Positions 60,624 to 64,000 of a stretch of DNA of 64,000 bases are shown here, one piece after another. Position numbers and translations under genes: made by a program. Source of the DNA: a bacterium (GTDB taxonomy: Bacteria > Hinthialibacterota > Hinthialibacteria > Hinthialibacterales > Hinthialibacteraceae). How positions within the stretch are numbered: position 1 is the stretch's first letter; every line of letters begins with the position of its first letter. The stretch covers positions 128,001-192,000 of the forward strand of contig CAXXSM010000118.1 of the NCBI GenBank assembly GCA_963663405.2, read 5' to 3'. The notes below the pieces were generated by a model, which did not search any database, was not told the origin of the DNA, and worked only from the letters and a program-made list of their open reading frames with translations.

Positions 60624-61011
60624 CGGCGGCGGTTATGAACCGACAGGCGGCGGCAATGTGTTATTCACATTGGGATTAATCAGCGTGGTAGTGCTGTTGG
60701 TCGTCGGGTTTGTGATGACCCAAGGCAACCTAGGAACCCTAGCGGCGCGAGGTAATAATAATACCTATCGGATCGCGATTGATCCCACGCCCAAACCAGT
60801 CACTCAAAACACAAGTATTATTTCGAAGCCTGATTCCAGTTCCATAACCGTTACAGCGCTGCAAGAGGAACTGAAACTGGAACGCCAGAAACGGATCGAA
60901 GCGGAGCAAAAGGCGGCTCAATTGCAAAAGAATTTCGACGCTCAGATTAATAATATGCAAATCAAACTCCTCAATTTGGAGGATGAACTTAAACGGCTGC
61001 GGGAGAAGTAG
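60601..61011 (+). CDS. Single-TM coiled-coil hypothetical protein
   Basis: One TM and a C-terminal heptad pattern; tightly packed with its neighbours. Confidence 0.7.
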   Translation: MRKKTRSSGGGYEPTGGGNVLFTLGLISVVVLLVVGFVMTQGNLGTLAARGNNNTYRIAIDPTPKPVTQNTSIISKPDSSSITVTALQEELKLERQKRIEAEQKAAQLQKNFDAQINNMQIKLLNLEDELKRLREK

Positions 61012-61013
61012 GC

Positions 61014-62039
61014 ATGGCCTACGCTTTTGGAGTAGATGGCGGCGCGTCAAAAAGCCGGGCGGTTCTGATTAGTGAGAACGGACAAGTCGTCCATCTCGCG
61101 AAAGGGCCCGGTGTCAATTATCACGAAATCGGCGCGAGCAAAGTATCCGGCACAATCGCCCGTCTCTATCAAGAATGCGTTGAAGGAGCCCGCGCTCGCA
61201 GCGAAGAATGCCGGAGCGTATGTCTTGGACTCGCCGGAGTAGGCCGCAACGCGGACCGGGAAATCCTTAAACCTCTCTTTGACGAACAATTTGGTAAAGA
61301 ATGTTATCTCCTCACGAGCGACGCGGATATCTCCCTGCTGAGCGGTTCGTTATCCGATAGTGGGATTATTGTCCTCGGTGGAACGGGATCGATGCTCTTC
61401 GGGCGCAATGAAAGCCAGCGGGAAGCGCGGATCGGCGGTCATGGGCCTCTGTTGAGCGATGGTGGAAGCGGGTACCGCATCGCGCTGCAAGCGCTTCGCG
61501 CGATCACCGCCGCGCACGATGGGATCGGATTTAAAACCTCCTTGCAAGATGTGATTCTTGAATATCTAAAACTGAAATCGATCGAAGAATTGGTCAGTTG
61601 GATCTATACTCCCACCGCCACACGGGAACGGATCGCGTCAATCGCCTCGATCGTGATTCAAGCCGCGGATAATGAAGATCCCATCGCCGACGCGATTCTG
61701 AATGACGAAGCGGACTCTCTTGCGATCGGTGTAGAGACGCTGCACAAAAAATTGGGATTATCCAGCGGCGTGGATGTTGTGTTAAGCGGTGGATTGTTCA
61801 GCGGCGCCTCTTGTTACAATCGAATTTTGAAGCAGAAAATCCGCTATCTGCTGCCCGGCGTGAACGTAATACCACCCAAACTCGATCCTGTGCTTGGCGC
61901 TGGATTGTATGCGATGAATCAGATGGGCGTCGCAATTGACAACGATGTGATCGACACGATCCGGAATTCTTACCGGGAATTTCTGAAAACTCAATCTTAC
62001 CCCGCCATCGTTTTGGAAGAAGATTCTACTGAAAAGTAA
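61014..62039 (+). CDS. BadF/BadG-family N-acetylglucosamine-type sugar kinase
   Basis: GVDGGASKS, LGLAG, SDADI, GGTGS, IGGHG.LLSDGGSGY, LSGGLF. Confidence 0.85.
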   Translation: MAYAFGVDGGASKSRAVLISENGQVVHLAKGPGVNYHEIGASKVSGTIARLYQECVEGARARSEECRSVCLGLAGVGRNADREILKPLFDEQFGKECYLLTSDADISLLSGSLSDSGIIVLGGTGSMLFGRNESQREARIGGHGPLLSDGGSGYRIALQALRAITAAHDGIGFKTSLQDVILEYLKLKSIEELVSWIYTPTATRERIASIASIVIQAADNEDPIADAILNDEADSLAIGVETLHKKLGLSSGVDVVLSGGLFSGASCYNRILKQKIRYLLPGVNVIPPKLDPVLGAGLYAMNQMGVAIDNDVIDTIRNSYREFLKTQSYPAIVLEEDSTEK

Positions 62040-62151
62040 TTCCGGTTAATCCGGAAAGTAAGTACTCGTTACGTTCTCTCATTAATGATCGATTACACCG
62101 GTTGTTAATAAATTTAGATGAATATGGTTTAACGTGCCGTTCGAATGTTGA

Positions 62152-62197
62152 CAGGTATTATGCAAGGGCAGATGAAAAACCTTGCCCTTGCCACCCA
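62152..62197. repeat. Dispersed hairpin repeat, copy 2
   Basis: CAGGTATTATGCAAGGGCAGATGAAAAACCTTGCCCTTGCCACCCA. Confidence 0.8.
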
Positions 62198-62275
62198 TGC
62201 TGATTAATATGCGTTAGAAAGTGTATTGTCTATTGACATGTACTCACTTACTGGATCGAACCAAAAGTACTATAT

Positions 62276-64000
62276 TTATCGAAAACCGTAGTAAAGATTA
62301 TCTCCCTGTTTCACGAGAAGACATGTCTTTTTACTTTCTACGTTTGGGTAATAATGCTGCGCGAGGAAATCGGGCCCAGTGGCGACAAAGCCCATTGGGG
62401 GAAGCAGCGTTTGCCCGAAGAGATAATCCTCCGGCCCATAGTTTACTATGACAGACCAATCCTGGCCGAATTTCGATCGCTCGACGGAACAATCGTCTTT
62501 TAAATATTGGTGATCCGTCATCGATTGATCCGCGACGCCTTCGGCGAAGGGGGAAAGAAACGAGTATGTGTTTTTAATGAAACGTTCGCGTGGATGTCTA
62601 TTTTCTCCCCATCCCCCTTCGCCTCGCACAAAACAAAAATCTGGGTTGGATAGATCCGGTTCCTCGATATCCTTCTCCCAGTAGCGATGCGGTTCAATGT
62701 AGTAGAGAGGCATGGCGCCCCGCGCTAGATGCCGGAGGATCAAACGGGCGTCTCCAAGATTGGCCCGGTCACTTTGATGAGTGAACGCGACCACGCAGTC
62801 ATGATAGACCAGTGAAAATAATGGAATGGGGATTGTCCCCGGCTCCTGGGATTCGGCCAAACGGTAGTAAAACTCCCTGCTCATGATCCCTTCGAAATAA
62901 TGCGCGGAAGGGACGCCGAATTCCACACCGAGTTCTGAACCAAACACCCCGAATAGGTCCGCCGCGTATTGGCTCAGATTTTCTTTATAGAGCATATCGT
63001 CTTCCAATGCGAGGGGATTCGCAGGATCGTAAGACTGATATAAAGGAGCGGCGAACGTCGTATCGATAAAGTACGCGTTGGGGGAATAGCGTTCCATGAC
63101 TTGCGGAAGATTACGCTTTGCCAATTCGAGACCATGATTGGACGCGATCAACCACGCCTGTCCCCCTGCCCAGACGCCGCCTTTCCGGCGGCTTCCATCG
63201 GGATTCATCATCAGGATGAATTCATTCCATGATGGAGCGTCCTCATAGAGATCCTGGTAATTATCATGAAGGCCAAACAAATAATCATACGACCGGGCCA
63301 GTCTGGATATGCGTTGTACCCCTTCATCCCCTCCAATTTCAGGGGCGGCGGGAAAGATATCAGGATGCTGGTTGTCGTAACCCCGGTAAATCCAACCAGC
63401 AAGTACAAATAAGGCTTTGGGAATCTCCAAGACATTATGGAGCCGCCGCAGCAAAGCGAGACAATCCTCTTCCGTGTAATCACTGCGGACGGTCTCGTTT
63501 AATTCGCCATCTTCACTTTTCCTCATCCACCGTATACAGACGAATGGTTTGAACTCCGCTGCGCCGAAAAGTTTTTTGACTTCTGGATTCCGGCGCAGTT
63601 TCTGTTTCAAGGTGACAAGGTTTTTTTGTTTCTTCGCCTGTTCGCGGTATGCCTTCGCGAGTTTGACATAGGAGGCGCTGCGGATACATTCCAGCCGGAA
63701 CGACCGCGCATTTTTGGAGCCGAGTAGGCCGATTGAGACTTCTTGACTTCCGGGCCATGAAGGACCGGGATTCACACGGGAACGAACATTTAGAGTTGTC
63801 CCTACATCATCCCATGTTAGCAGCGCCGCGTCTTTTTGACGTAGAATTCCCGCCATTCGCATGTTGGCGCCATTTACACCGCTGTATGTTTGATACCCTT
63901 TCAACATTTCATAGCCGCTGTCCGCTTTGAAATAGAGACCCAACAGCCGGGGAATTACGGCTCCGCCTCCCAGTGAGTCTGTTGTCCATAGGAATGAATC
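62276..64000 (-). CDS. Partial glycoside hydrolase (GH129/GH101/DUF5696-like TIM barrel)
   Basis: GWIYRGYDNQHPD, LHDNYQD, YFIDT, GSE, PLFSLVYHDC; frame is open to the window edge. Confidence 0.7.
   Translation of the reverse strand, partial: DSFLWTTDSLGGGAVIPRLLGLYFKADSGYEMLKGYQTYSGVNGANMRMAGILRQKDAALLTWDDVGTTLNVRSRVNPGPSWPGSQEVSIGLLGSKNARSFRLECIRSASYVKLAKAYREQAKKQKNLVTLKQKLRRNPEVKKLFGAAEFKPFVCIRWMRKSEDGELNETVRSDYTEEDCLALLRRLHNVLEIPKALFVLAGWIYRGYDNQHPDIFPAAPEIGGDEGVQRISRLARSYDYLFGLHDNYQDLYEDAPSWNEFILMMNPDGSRRKGGVWAGGQAWLIASNHGLELAKRNLPQVMERYSPNAYFIDTTFAAPLYQSYDPANPLALEDDMLYKENLSQYAADLFGVFGSELGVEFGVPSAHYFEGIMSREFYYRLAESQEPGTIPIPLFSLVYHDCVVAFTHQSDRANLGDARLILRHLARGAMPLYYIEPHRYWEKDIEEPDLSNPDFCFVRGEGGWGENRHPRERFIKNTYSFLSPFAEGVADQSMTDHQYLKDDCSVERSKFGQDWSVIVNYGPEDYLFGQTLLPPMGFVATGPDFLAQHYYPNVESKKTCLLVKQGDNLYYGFR

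Overview
Bacterial chromosomal window of roughly 55 genes. I found no rRNA, tRNA, CRISPR array or intact transposase. Housekeeping and metabolic genes include pgl, maf, ridA, ackA, cysK, pilT, sixA, uxaB, ychF, aroB and a NagK-like kinase. Accessory modules are: (1) a higBA / parDE-like / duplicated higA toxin-antitoxin cluster; (2) an ABC-export glycan locus with wzt, a dual methyltransferase carrying a His-periodic coiled coil, and a GT4; (3) an operon encoding acetate kinase with a C-terminal HTH-like extension, a V4R/MetOD1-like protein and a HEAT-repeat protein; (4) a LexA/CI-like regulator lacking its catalytic dyad; (5) a stand-alone 768-aa protein with tandem TIR/nucleoside-deoxyribosyltransferase-like domains, a candidate defence gene; (6) a 45-56 kb region with two ECF sigma/anti-sigma pairs, pseudopilins, a GspF/PilC homologue and a polytopic membrane protein with an internal prepilin cleavage site. 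Three paralogues of one distinctive pseudopilin family occur in the window. Two secreted proteins end in a shared S/T-x-[AV]-x-x-W-x-L motif that may be a sorting signal. From memory these traits fit Sumerlaeota/OLB16-like lineages, but this is unverified. Several disruptions (two +1 frameshifts at homopolymers, two in-frame TGA codons) may be sequencing errors. REP/MITE-like palindromes and one candidate structured small RNA are also present. All family assignments come from motif recognition by eye, with no database searches.
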